DNA from: Scyliorhinus canicula
Taxonomy: Eukaryota
NCBI RefSeq assembly: GCF_902713615.1
Contig: NC_052154.1
Coordinates: forward strand, 162,139,988 to 162,203,987
DNA length: 64,000 bases
Direction: 5' to 3'
Shown one piece after another: positions 35,563-48,457 of the stretch (position 1 is the stretch's first letter; every line of letters begins with the position of its first letter). Position numbers and translations under genes: made by a program. The notes under the pieces are model-generated. The model ran no database searches. It was given only the letters and a program-made list of their open reading frames with translations, and was not told the origin of the DNA.

Positions 35563-38320
35563 TAGCATCTCCAGAGGAAAGGTGCTACCTCATGTGCTTT
35601 TCAACAGGGTGTCCCAAAGCTGGACTGCCATTGCCGGCACTGTTACACAGTAAAGGCAGCATCCGTCTACATCTGTATGTGTCCTCAACGTTTTCTGCCC
35701 ATCTGTTCCTTTTTGTGTGTTTATGGGTGTCTCACTGTCCATGTTTGCATAACATTCTTTGTGTAAATGTATGTGGGTTCTTCACACCTTTGCGCGTGTT
35801 TGCACCTCTCTATCTTGTTTGTGTGACTCTTAGTGTGTTTGTGTGCCTCTCCTTATATTTGTTTCTCACACCTCCTCACATGTCTTTCTGCATTGTGCAT
35901 GATTGTCTCTGATCTGTGTCTTTGTCTGTTTCTTCCTCTCTCTCGCTCACAGGGGTTGATAGTGTGAAACGGGCAAATCAGCTTGGCCACCCGTTAAATT
36001 CTTCCCCTGATATTCATTTCCATGGACTTCAATACTACCAAAGTCAAAATTATCCCCAGCATGTGAATTTGGCAGGTGTTTTTTCGATTAATTTTACTGA
36101 CGTTTCCTAACAATTTTCCCAGAGGATATGACTAACAATGAATTTTTGATTTTCCAAAGCCTTGTTGCAGTTTTGTCAAATTGCTGCTTCTGAATTCATT
36201 GGATTGACAACTGAATAAAGGGCTGAACATTTGCTTAAGCTGAAGCAAAGCTGAAAACCATGAACATAATGTAACTTCTTTAACCTCCTGCAACATTTAG
36301 GTGTAAACTGTGGATAGTGCTTGCATGGCATCGCAACATCAGCGTTAGTGCTTCTCATATGTAACTGCAAAGAGAAGCAATTCCGCCCGCGCCAATATTT
36401 GTCACGCATAAATATTTGTAACAGTTACCATGGTAGTTTCGAAAGAAAAGGCAAGAAGCAGCAAATGTTGAAAAGTTACACCAGGAACAAAGATAAATAT
36501 TTCTGGACAAGAATTTAAACTTTAGATAGAGTGTAGGTGAAACAGTGGAACAGTTATCGCACAGAGTGACTGTGGTCAAAAAGGAAGGCTAAGATTTTCC
36601 TTTACTTTCAGTCGACCATGAGTTTGCATCAATTCACCCACAATCTTTCGGTCTTTTTAAAACAAAAATGCTCAGATGTAAAACATCAGCAGAGACCACA
36701 AAGGCTTCAGTGAAGCCTTTTGTTCTCTCAGATGCGGTGGGTTTGCAGCTCTATGCTGCCCGGGTTGTGTGTTTGTTTCAGCTTACTTTGTCAGGAGTGT
36801 ATGGGGATAGGAACACAAGACATACAAGCAGGAAATGGACTAATCCGAACGTGGTTTGCAACAATATTAGACAAATTTAAAAAGGGACTGATTATCCATT
36901 ATGTTAGAATTGACTCCATATGGAGTTGGCAATAATAAGTCATTTTTCCCCCCTCAGGTTTGAATTGATGGTTCAAATTTCCTCTGTCTAAGAGTTCATA
37001 TGGAGGGAATTCTTTAACATTCTCAACAATCAAGGCTGTTGATTGCAGTTCAGAAGGCAAACTCATGAAACAAAAAGGTTTCTTTTTATCCCCTATATGT
37101 AACAATGAGGAAATATTATTGCACAGTGTTCAACATGTGTCTAGTTCAAAAACAAAGCATAGTTTTGTTCTTGGCTGGCTACATGGCATGGAGAACACAT
37201 TACCTGACTTGCTTCATTATAATTCCACAATTGTTCTCTGTCTATAAAATTCAATGATACTGCCCATTCATCTCCTGTCCCGAAGGTGCCACCTCGCGCG
37301 ACTTTTACAGCTGCCAGCCACCCGGAATCTTTCTCAAGTGGTCTATCTTCACCGTGAGCCAGGGTAATGAGCGGTAGCAAGCTGTTCAATTATGAGAGTC
37401 ATCACAAGCTTTCCTGATTCAGTGCTCACCCTATAATTTTTATAAACACACAGGCTTTCATCCAGGGGTCATTGGCAACAATTAGTACTGGGAACTCGTG
37501 GCTGATTTTGTTTTCTCCTCCTTCTCAATTATGATGACCTGATGTCACCCAGGTGGTGATGAACTAACTCAGCAGAAATTGAGGATCAGAAAGTGAATGT
37601 TTTTGCTGTCGATGGGTCAGTTTGACTCTGGGCAATTCATTTAATATCAGCTTCCAACACTACAATTTTAGTAGGCCCATTTAGGCAGGGGGTGACCCCT
37701 TAAGAACTGTAAGTGGCAAAACATAGAGCCCAGTCAGTGATAACTTGTACATAACCCAAAGATGCTAAGTTTATTACTTGAGGAGTAGTTAGCTTCCCCT
37801 CAATTGCCTGCAGACAGCTTGAAAATTCAACTGTTTATTAATCAATATTTTAATTCCTAATTACTGCTTTCTGTCATCTCACAATGTTATATCATGATTC
37901 AAATTGACGCCGATTAAGCATGCGTGCGTGAGATTTTTTATTAAGATTGCAACTTTTGCAAAAGTATTTGAAAAATAAATCCCTAAATCAAAATCTAAAT
38001 AAATAATAGAAATTGGACATTGGCTCATAGGTACGCTTGGACTGAATGCCTTGTAAATGATTCATTGTCACTTAAAATAAATGCTGATATTTTTGTTGGA
38101 CGCACCAGCTATAATTTGAGATGGTTACAAATCAAATGTACACAGCACATCATTTAAAGTAGATTGTCCTCCAGAGCAGAGAAAGGGCTGCGTTGTGCAT
38201 TTTTAAAAAAATGTTCAGTGCTGGATTGGATGGAGGAGAATTATGCCACTGACATCAGCTGACGATTCCTACTTTTGTTGGGATGTAACTTTAGCTGGCA
38301 GGCCATTTTGATGAACTTGA

Positions 38321-38638
38321 GGGCAGCACAGTAGCACAAGTGGCTAGCACTGTGGCTTCACAGGGCCAGGGTCCCAGGTTCGATTATCCACTGGGTCACT
38401 GTCCATGCGGTTCTCACCGTATCTGCGTGGGTTTCCTCTGGGTGCTCAGATTTTCTCCCACAGTCTAAAGACGTGCAGGTTAGGTGGATTGGACATGATA
38501 AATTGCCCTTAGTGTCCAAAAAGGTAAGGAGCGGTTATTGGGTTTCGGGGATAGGGTGGAAGTGAGGGCTTAAGTGGGTCGGTGCAGACTCGATGGGCCG
38601 AATGGCCTCCTTCTGCACTGTATATTCTATGTTCTATG
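38321..38638 (+). mobile_element. HE1/V-SINE
   Basis: GGGCAGCACAGTAGCAC...CTGCACTGTATATTCTATGTTCTATG. Confidence 0.9.
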
Positions 38639-38849
38639 TGCACTACTGAAGGAAAATTAAGAAATTGTGTTTGAGTGCAGTGTGATGTGGGTTTAATAGG
38701 AAGATCTGTTGCTTAGAAACTATAAGCTCTTTTACTGCTAGAGAAGTGGTCAGAGTTCTACTATGCCCCTGCAGGTAGGCTCAATGGCGGGGGGTGGGGG
38801 AGGGGGTGGGAGAATTCAGTGAGAGGTCCAAAAATAATTTTTTACGTCA

Positions 38850-39052
38850 GTGCGAATTTCGCAGAACCACAGAAGGTGGTGAGGGTCTGGAATGCACTTC
38901 CTGGGAGGGTGGTTGAGGCGGGCTGCCTCACATCCCTTAAAAAGTACCTGCTGGATGAGCACTTGGTATGTCATAACATTCAAGGCCAAGTGCTGACAAA
39001 TGCAGATTCGATGGGCCAAAGGGCCTCTTCCACACTGTATTTCTGTGATTCT
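38850..39052 (+). mobile_element. CR1 3' fragment
   Basis: QKVVRVWNALPGRVVEAG motif and CR1 tail. Confidence 0.8.
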
Positions 39053-39727
39053 GTCAGTCTGTGATTTTTCCCTGGAACCTTAGCCATTTGAGAGTTGGGA
39101 AAACTGGACCTGGAGAGGGAGACACTTTTCAGCTATCTGCACACACCGTTCGGTCCATCATAGTTGATTTTGCAGAGGTTCTGCCTGAATGCTCATGGAA
39201 CTGGCTTCAAGAAGGATACTAGCATTTGTTCAAAGGTCCTCCCATTAAATCTGAAGATGTGGCAGAGACATAGTTGGTGGTATTTCCCTCGAGCTCTTAT
39301 GTAGAGTCACTGATGCCTGCACAGTTCAGCTTGGGTGGCTCAGTTAGTGGCACTCCTACTTCTGAGCTGAAAACCCTGGGATCAAGTCCCACGCCAGGGT
39401 TTGATGGCCAGGGAAGGGGTGGTTCACATGGCTCAAAGCAGGTTGTCAATCCTACAAAAACCTTCCACCATTCTCCAAGGAGACAAATGACTATGAAGAT
39501 ATGCAAAATAACTAAATAAGGGAGCTTGAACAAGGTTCAGTTGAATAAACACAGCATAAATCTTTCTCAGCAAGATTTTCTAACCCGCAATGAACCCTGG
39601 AAGGTTGGCCAGAATTCTCATGCCGGTGGGATTCTTCGGTCCTACTGCATATAGTGGGAAAGAGAATCGAGGCTTATGATAAGTTTGGATGAGGAAAGAC
39701 AGGAGGAGGCTCAGGTGGAGCATAAAC

Positions 39728-40177
39728 TGTGGAGTTTGCACATTCTCCCTGTGTTCGCGTGGCTTTCGCCCCCAAAACCCAAAGATGGATTAGATTGGAT
39801 TGGATTGGATTTGTTTATTGTCACGTGTACCGAGGTACAGTGAAAAGTATTTTTCTGCAAGAAGCTCAACAGATCATTCAGTACATGGGAAGAAAAGGGA
39901 ATTAAACAAAGTTCAAGAAAATACAAGAAAATACATAATAGGGCAACACAAGATATACAATGTAATTACATAAGCATTGACATCGGATGAAGCATACAGG
40001 GTGTAGTGTTAATGAGGTCAGTCCATAAGAGGGTCATTTAGGAGTCTGGTGACAGTGGGGAAGAAGCGGTTTTTGAGTCTGTTCGTGCGTGGATGTGCAG
40101 GATAGGTGGATTGAACACGCTAAATTGCCCCTTAATTGGAAAAAAATGAATTGGGTACACTAAATTTATAAAAAAGA
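39728..40177 (+). mobile_element. 5'-truncated SINE with 13-bp TSD, interrupted by a LINE 3' end
   Basis: GTGGAGCATAAAC at 39715-39727 and 40178-40190; the host is an old CR1 tail. Confidence 0.8.
39788..40091 (-). mobile_element. LINE 3' end with (TCCAA)n tail, probably Rex1/Babar-like
   Basis: Minus strand ends TTTTCACTGTACCTCGGTACACGTGACAATAAAC followed by (ATCCA)n; clade assigned from recall only. Confidence 0.55.
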
Positions 40178-40764
40178 GTGGAGCATAAACCTCAACATGG
40201 AGTGGTTGGATCAAGTGTCCTGTTTCTGTGCTGTATTTCTATGTACAATCCAATGTTGCACAGATGTTAATTATGGGCGATGCATTGCATGACATTTTCC
40301 CGTCTTCAACTTACCAACAGGCCTGCCCAAATATGTATTGGATCACACAGCATCCACTGTAACTTCGAGTGAAACATCTCGTAAATATGGGCAGCTGTTA
40401 GAATGGTTCCCTACTATGTTCCTGCTCCTCTCTGCCCCAAGTTCAGCAGAAGTTGAGCAGACATTGCACACAAAATCTAGTTATGTGCTTCTTTGTGCAG
40501 TTATAATGCATGCTGAGAAGTTCAACTGCACCTAATTGGTGGTATTTTCTGTCAGCCTAGGTTTGGTGTTATCTGTTGTTGAACTGTGGATCAAGAAAAT
40601 ACAGTATATATTACTCATCCCTGATTTTCATAAGGCCATTAAGAGTCAACCACATAATCTGGGACTGGAGTCACATTTAGGCATGTTCAATTTCAGCAAT
40701 GGTAACCGGTTTCTTTCTCTGACAGGCATTGGTGAATCAATTGATTCATCTTAGACATTTTCTT

Positions 40765-40957
40765 TTCCCAATTAAGGGGCAATTTAGCATGGCCAATCCA
40801 CCTACCCTGCACATGTTTGGGTTGTGGGGGTAAGACCCACGCAGACACTGGGAGTATGTGCAAACTCCATATGGACAGTGACCAAGAGCCGGGATCGAAC
40901 TCTGGTCCTCGGAGCTCTGAGGCAGCAGTGCTAACCACTGGGCCACCATGTCACCCT
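40765..40957 (-). mobile_element. Short SINE subfamily copy
   Basis: GGCAGCAGTGCTAACCACTG and GGGGCAATTTAGCATGGCCAATCCACCTA. Confidence 0.85.
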
Positions 40958-43900
40958 CATCTTCTTCAGTATGATGCAATGTTCATCTATGGGAATGAAG
41001 TGGCATAACATAGCAGGCAATATACTTTGTGTATTAGGCACCATGTCCACTCGACTGGAGGCTCAGGTGCAGACCTGCTCTACCATTTCACTGCAGACTT
41101 GTACCTGCACCTTGGATTACCGTCCCCTGCGTGTGTACCTATCACTTCCTAGCCTTGCCCCTCTCCCTTCGTGACAAAGGTTGCTGGTGGATTGAAAGAT
41201 CTTCTGAGCCTTTTCAAAGACTTTCAAAATGTTGCCTCCTGCCTCCTCTGATTTTCAGTTAATTGATTTTAACACTCCTGTTTAATTCATCCCTTCTCTT
41301 TAAATGTTGTTCCCTTATTCTCTTACTCCTACCACAATATGCTATAAAGCTATACATATTAACTAACCTCAGAAACTTAGCTTAGCACTTTGACAATGGC
41401 CTCGGACCATCTTTACACCTCTCGTGTCAGAAAGGCGATGGCGACCGTCCTGTTAGAAATTTCATCGAGAATCAGTATTCCAGAGCAGAGATTTGCAATG
41501 ACATGAAGTATATTTATGTAGAGGTTTGATTTCTACTGGCAGAGAGCAAAGCAATATAATTCACTGCTGTTAGCTTGTGCTACTTAAATGCATGTTTCAG
41601 TGTGAAAAGATACCTGCGACTTAACCACAGCAGTGAATAGGGGTCACTTGTATTTCAGAACTCAGATTAAATCATTTTCTTCGAAGTATATTTGTTTATA
41701 TTCTTTAAATTCCCCTCTTCTCTCATTACATTGTTTCCTGAAGCTGAACATACAATGTTTGCGTGAGTGCTAATTCTTTGCAGGAGCCCATTTCACATAG
41801 TGGATTCCTTTGTGACAGCCTGTCTGCTGTGGCACAAAGACATAGTCAAAGATCAAGTGATGAGGTTTGGTGTTTGGCTGCATATCTCAACTGTTTCAAG
41901 TGCGGGCCTGCTTTAGACAGGTGTGATTAGGCACTACAGTTTTAAGGACCTTTATATTTGTGGTCCCCGTGAGGAACTGTTCAAAAATATTCTCGCAGTT
42001 ACCATAGTGTAAACACGCATTGTAAATCAAAATCTACAGTGAATTATGCTCACAAAGACCTATCAAATGGATAATGTGCCTGTCAAACATTCTTGTTTAC
42101 ATATGTGCTTGAACTAAAAGTCCCCATTACCTAACCCTGAAGTATTAGCAATTTGTACCTGTCAATGGACCACTCAGTTCGTTACAACTTATGAAAAGAA
42201 GAAGAATATTCCTTTTAATCTCATCTATGTTCATTTCAAATAAGTAATGCAGTACAAATAATTATCATAAAGCTGGTAATGCAAATTGTAAAATATGTGA
42301 GAGGGCTACTCTTACACAATGTAGACTAGATAGAATTTCAAATTAATTTGCTGTAGGTTATTTCTCAATGGATATATAGTGGGTGACATTACCATCATTT
42401 ATCCTCATATGCAAATACTGCTGTTGAACAACACAACTCTAATCAAATGGAAGCAAATCTGCCGCCATCAGAAAACAATTAATTTTTTTAACTTAATGAC
42501 AGTGATGGATAATTTGTCATGAGTTTTAAGGCTGTAATGCATTTCAGGAATCAAGCGAAGGTTATAAAACAATGATGTTAAAGTGGGTCACGATGTTGTA
42601 TAATTATAATCCTTAAAATCGTGCCAGAGATTTCTGGTCTACTTTAACTACCAGTTCTAAAGTCATTGAGTTGAAATTGGGTAGTATGACATTAGCCCGT
42701 GAATACATTGATCTGTTTTATAAACTGCCCTTCAGTATTTTAATGTTTCTTGCTCCTACAGCATAATTTCATCTTCCAGTTGTAATCCTTATCCAACTAT
42801 TTGAATCTCTTGATCAGATCTTTGTGTTGAAGGTAGCTGCTATTCTTGATTTCTTATTCAGTTCGCAGCCTGAAGGCAGATCGTCCAGTGATTATTTGTC
42901 AAACCTTAGCAAAGTGCTATGATTTTTGACTACAGGTGGGGTAAGGAGGCAGGACCTCAGCCAGAATCAGCATCAAACCCCATACTGTTAGCGTTAATCT
43001 AACCCGCAAACTAACCAACTGTGCTAACCAAGCCCCCCCCCCCCCCCCCCCCCCACCATCACCACACAATCTTGATTATTCAGCCAATATTGGGAAAGCA
43101 AGTTATGAAGCTCTATACATAAAGCTCTGCATTATGCAGCTCAATACCACTAGAATCGCAAAATGCTACATTGTATTGCTACTTGAAAAATGCAGCATTC
43201 AAGAGGTTAAAACATTGTGAGAACAACTGGAGTCTGTTTGGCAATCACAAAATGATTGAATAGTTTTAGATATCACAGGCATGCATGTGACTATAGATAA
43301 TGCAGACATGTCAGTACACACTGCAGGAGTGTGTAAAACCTACTTCATCAAATGCCTTTCTAGTGCCTGTTTAATCAAGGACAATATATCTAAATTCCTA
43401 TAACAGCATTTTCTATTTAAATTCAAATTCATTTTTAGTGAAACCTAAAAGGATCCACAGCCAATCTATCCTTAACTATCTGATGATCACTGTGTCTGCA
43501 ATAGTCTGGAATTGTTTAGTTAGCTATTACTTGAAAACACACCTCACTCCCACATAACTCAGGAAAAGCTGAACAGGCTTTTCTCTAGAAAAGAGATGAT
43601 TGAGACGTGGCCTGATAGAAATGTTTAAAATTATTAAGTGGTTCAATAGGGTTTATATAGTTTTGAATTGTGAGGGAGGAGCCTGTAGCTCAAATGGTTG
43701 CACTGCTGCCTCTGAACCAGAAAGCCTTGGTTTTAAGTCCAAGGATTTGTACGTTACAGAGTGTTCCTGTGCCTCAAAGCAGGCTGTTAATCAATAAATG
43801 TAAAATAATCACCGATAAGGAATTTTGAGGGAGGGGTCTGCTTTGGACAGTTGTGAATGGACAATAGAGTTTTAAGGACATTTAAATTTATGGTCCCCAT

Positions 43901-45659
43901 TCCACAAAATATAAAAGTGCCTTCAGAAAGGCCTTGAAACATGGTGTTTTGTGAATTAAAATCACCAGCGAATTTCCAATTCCTGACACAATTGTGTTTC
44001 ATATGCAGAATTCCCTATGAAGAATTCATGTGATACAGCACATATATGGCTAAAGCACATATATGGCTTTGGATGTTCAGCGGCGGAGCTGACTTCAGTC
44101 GTTAATTGATATCACTAAAGTTTATAAGCCCACCCCCAAACATCTTATCCTTTCCATGACATTCATGTTCCCAATTGTTGCTTTCTTGTTGGTGTTTTGC
44201 TGTGGAAAACTATATTTTCCATTGTGTTTGCACAATGGCTGCTATGGTCACCAAACTTTTCCTTTGAGGTTTGTATCAAGTGATGGGAAGAATGTGGTTG
44301 ACAGGGCTGTCATACAAAATAAGGAACTTGAGTGGAAAATGTATAACATGATTTTTCCCTACTGACAAGAAATGAATGCTTTTGTGAAAAAGAAGAGATT
44401 GACTTCAACTGAATTCTGCTACTTGTATCTATGCATCTTGGTGTTGAATTTCCACTGGGTGTTTCCAAATTGCCCTTATTGTAGCAAGATCTGTGGAAGC
44501 CTGTAGAAATAGCATGAGCATCGTTGATGCCATTTCACCAGACTTTTCTGTCCATATCATGGTGCATAATTGGGAGGATCCCAATGGAAATTGAATTCTG
44601 TGATGTTTGATCATCTCTAAGGTGCTGTATCCTTATTAATGTATCCAATGCATAGCTTTAACTCTCACTTCCACAACATATTATGTGTAGGATTGCCCAA
44701 AGTAAAATTGGATCAATGGACCCAGGCAAACTCTAATCGAGTTCTTCTGCAGCGTAACTTTGGAATTCCATTTGTTTGGCAATGTCCTTAAGTGCAGTCT
44801 TAAAGGGTAAATTTCTGAGTGCATGCTTCTGGTAAAGAGGCTTAGCTGCTGGGAGTGCATGTTGAGAATTTGGAGATGTGCTCCACATGACTTTCTATCT
44901 ACTCAAAAATCATCGAATGGAAAATGATGCAGACGACATGCCTGCCATTCCTGGTATGTTCTGCCTCTGAGAGAGGAATACAAGTTCAGAAAATTGCCTC
45001 TTTAGTGCAGCACTTACTGGGCGATACTTTCAGAATACATTGTGCGGTATATATATATTTAGATCAAATTCAATATCCTTTTATTCATTGATTGGATGTG
45101 GGCATCACTGGCAAGGCCAGCATTTATTCTGATGACATAAGAAAAAGTAGCAACAGAAAGTCATTTGCCTCTTCAAGCCCGCTCTGCCATTGAACAAGAT
45201 GATCTTCTCCATTAACTTAGGGTTCCCAACTGTGGTTAAATGTATTCCTGGAGGTTTCATCACATGACTTTTCACATCACATTGCATCACATGCCCCCAC
45301 GATCCAGCTACTAGTCACCACATCCGTCCTTATGACACACTACCTTCCTCAGCCATTTGGAAAGCAAAAAGATTAATTGCCCAATTGGATGATGCTTATC
45401 TGTCAGCCAAACAGCGTGTTCACCAACCACCGTGCCCCCTTCCCCCCGCTCCCAGTCCATTTTCAACATTTTTATATCCAGTTAAGAGAAATGTTGAAAG
45501 CAAATGGCAAAAATACCCTAATAGTTTTTAATGTCCTGATGGTTTTTCTCCAGGTTTGGAGACAGCAGTGCCTTGGATATTGATTTTCAATTCTTGGGGT
45601 CTACAGGTAAATCCTCAAGGGTTGGCAACCCGACACCAACTCCACCTTCCTTGTGCTAG

Positions 45660-45980
45660 CTCAATATCTTTTAATTTCCTTAGAACTCAAAGATTTGTCA
45701 ACCTTTGTCTTGAATATGCTCAACTATTCAGCATCCACAGTCCTCGGGAGCAGAGAATGTCAACGATTCACGACTCTTTGAGTGAAGAAATTTCTCCTCA
45801 TCTCAGTCCTAATTGGCCAGCCCCTTATTCTGAGACTGTGACTACCCCTACTCTTCCTCCCCCACCCCCCACTCCACCGCCTCACCCCACCCGCCCATGT
45901 TCTAGACTCCCGAATAAGGACGGAAAAATTTCACCATCAACCCTGAAAAGACCTTTTGAGGATTTTATACTTCAGTCAGA
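45660..45980 (-). mobile_element. Old CR1 3' fragment
   Basis: GAGTGAAGAAATTTCTCCTCATCTCAGTCCTAA motif. Confidence 0.65.
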
Positions 45981-46644
45981 TCATTTCTCATTATTTCCCC
46001 TTACTAATTGCCCGTGGGAAGGTGGTAGTGAACGATTTTCGAAAACATAACTGAGTAGCTTGCTTGGTCATTGCAGAGCGCAGTTAGGCTTCACCCAAAT
46101 CGACGTGGGTCTGGTGTCACATGCAGGTCACACCGGCTAAGGACAGGACATTTTCTTCTCTGAAAGATATCAAAGGGTTTTTCTTCAACATTCTGGTACT
46201 TTCATGGTCGTCATTACAGATACCAGCTTTTGATTCCAGATTCCAATTCCCCAGTTGCTTTGGTGGGATAACAACGCATGTCTCCAGTACATTAGTCCAG
46301 TCCCCTGGATTACTACATCAGCAGCACAGCCACTTTGCTACTGTACTCTCAAAGTTAATCTTTTAAATTCAAGCTAGATGAAACCTGAATGATGAATTCT
46401 AATCACATAATGAATTATTACATTTAAAAATTATGGATTTGAAATTATAATTAAAAAGGCAATATAATTCCAAGACAGAAACTGGTTGATGGCTGAAAAA
46501 TGCATCCCCTGCTTAGAGCTTTGTAGCACAAGGTTATTTGAGGGTATTACAGCATAAGCTCTTGTAATGAACATATATTTAATGAAAATACACTTGTATC
46601 GCAAATATCTAAATGTTATAATTCACTTATCAAGGAACATTATT

Positions 46645-46873
46645 GGGCGGCACGGTGGCACAGTGGTTAGCACTGTGCCTTACAGCGCTGAGGGCCCAGA
46701 TTCGATCTCGGCCCCGGGTCGCTGTCTGTGTGGAATTTGCACATTCTCCCCGTGTTTGTGTGGGTCTCACCCCCACTGCCAAAAGATGTGCGAGCTTGGT
46801 AGATTGGCCATGCTAAGTTGCACCTTAATTGGGGAAAAAAAGAATTGGGTACTCTAAATTTATTTTAAATAAA
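46645..46873 (+). mobile_element. Short SINE with TSD ATCAAGGAACAT
   Basis: TSD at 46629-46640 and 46874-46885. Confidence 0.9.
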
Positions 46874-47731
46874 ATCAAGGAACATCATAGAAAAATTTAT
46901 ACAGAAAGCAACACCACAGAGTGTGGGAAGAGAGTGATGTGAGAGAACGATGAACAAATGCCTGGATAATATTCATTCACTCTTGCTTCTTAATCAAACT
47001 AAAAATACTAAAAATGTTCACTCCGGCTTAGCTAAGAGAAGCTGTCCTCACATTGTGATTTCTGCTTGTGAAGCATGGTTTACTTACAGACCTGAAGGTG
47101 CACCTTCATTAGATTAGAGAGCCTTTTGAATTAGTGTCAAGAATGCAGCAATTTCAGATTGAGCTGAACCTGAACTTGCAGCTTTCTCCAGCTCATCAAA
47201 CTGTCACTCAGTAATACTCAGTCCTGACACACTGAACAATGTTTTGGTGCCAAAAGAGATCCGTGTGTTCACTCTCCGAGGGCCCCATTGCACAAGGGAC
47301 CGCGTGTTTATCTTTGTAAAGGTGCCGGAACCTGATGACTCAACATATTCTGACATGTAAGAATAAAGGTTGAACATTTATGCATGCACACAAGCATATT
47401 TATTCTGCTAAAAGAGTGTCAATCAGAAAGCAATGGCACCGGGGGCATCATAAATTTCTGAACTGATCCTGAGGAACAGACACTAGCTGTCATGTCTGAA
47501 CTAGCATTTCACTGCTGGGGTAATGGATGCCTTCATCTGGCCCAGCAGTCAGCAGATTGCCCTGTGTTGATGGATACTGTCAGCTGAATGCTACACTAGA
47601 TTTCACCGCACAATAAACACGGCTCTCTGAGCCCATGCAAAGTGAAATCAATTTATCCTGTATGCTCTGCGCATGCTAAATAAAATTAATGTACTGTGTT
47701 GCTCTCTTTTCTTCCTGCTCCAATGTTTCAG

Positions 47732-47965
47732 GGAGTAAGGCAATGAATGGGTCTCCAGCTAAACTACAGCAGTATTATTGTTGACCAACAGGAAGCACTA
47801 CGGTGACGGAGGCACGGGTCTACAGAGAAACCAGGGGTCGCAGCAACAATGAACCACATATCAAACGACCAATGAATGCGTTCATGGTGTGGGCAAAGGA
47901 CGAGCGCAGGAAGATACTGCAGGCATTTCCAGACATGCATAACTCAAACATCAGCAAAATCTTGG
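47732..47965 (+). CDS. SOX6: SOX6 exon with N-terminal half of the HMG box, long form (234 nt, phase 1 to 1), with in-frame TGA at 47782-47784
   Basis: Strong pyrimidine tract ending TTTCAG (AG 47730-47731). Translates (G)[76 protein letters not shown](G), the SoxD HMG signature. Donor G|GTGAGT at 47966. Confidence 0.9.
47792..47965 (+). CDS. SOX6: SOX6 HMG exon, predicted short form using the downstream acceptor (174 nt, open frame)
   Basis: CAG 47789-47791 is exactly 60 nt downstream of the first acceptor and in the same phase. Using it skips the TGA and gives ...[18 protein letters not shown]...HIKRPMNAF. Confidence 0.75.
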
Positions 47966-48457
47966 GTGAGTAGCTGAAGGAAATGTCTCAAACCACACTA
48001 TGGACACCCTTTAATAACTTTTTCTGACAGTATGATACCCAACTTATATAAATCATTATTGTACGTTGTATATCCAGAGTCAGAGGTCTGTACCGAAAAT
48101 AACTTTCAGCATTGCAATAAATATATTAACAAAGCCACATTTATGAATGGATATTTAGAATTTTGGTGTCATAGAGTCATACAGTACAGAAGAGGCCCTT
48201 TGGCTCATCGTTTTTATTTTATGGCACATTTTCCCATTTTGCACTTAGCCGTAATGACACCTTGTTGTTGATACTTGACGTAGATATTCTGTCCATCCCA
48301 CAATGATATAATTACAATGGAAACCACAGCAACTTTTTCAAATTGACGAGATGTCCTCCTGGATTTACGTGAGAGTTTTCTCAATCATTTGTTGTAGGAT
48401 CTATGAATCTTTGAAGTAACAGGACAAAACTAACTTTACTTCCTCGTGAAATATAGT

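Larger units (their letters stand above)
32062..47731 (+). other. SOX6: SOX6 intron (~15.7 kb, GT-AG, phase 1)
   Basis: Bounded by GTGAGT and TTTCAG; the join gives DAE-G-SKAMNG as in SOX6. Confidence 0.85.

Noticed and set aside
47779-47784. Cys-UGA read as a Cys-Sec selenoprotein motif
   Set aside because: The aligned residue in orthologues is Trp, not Cys, and the 3' UTR where a SECIS would lie is outside the window. Unsupported, though not formally excluded.
1-47965. Calling the gene SOX5/SOX13 or a pseudogene
   Set aside because: [12 protein letters not shown] and KLQQYYC are SOX6-type as recalled; splice sites, phases and the HMG sequence are intact, and the stop can be bypassed in frame.
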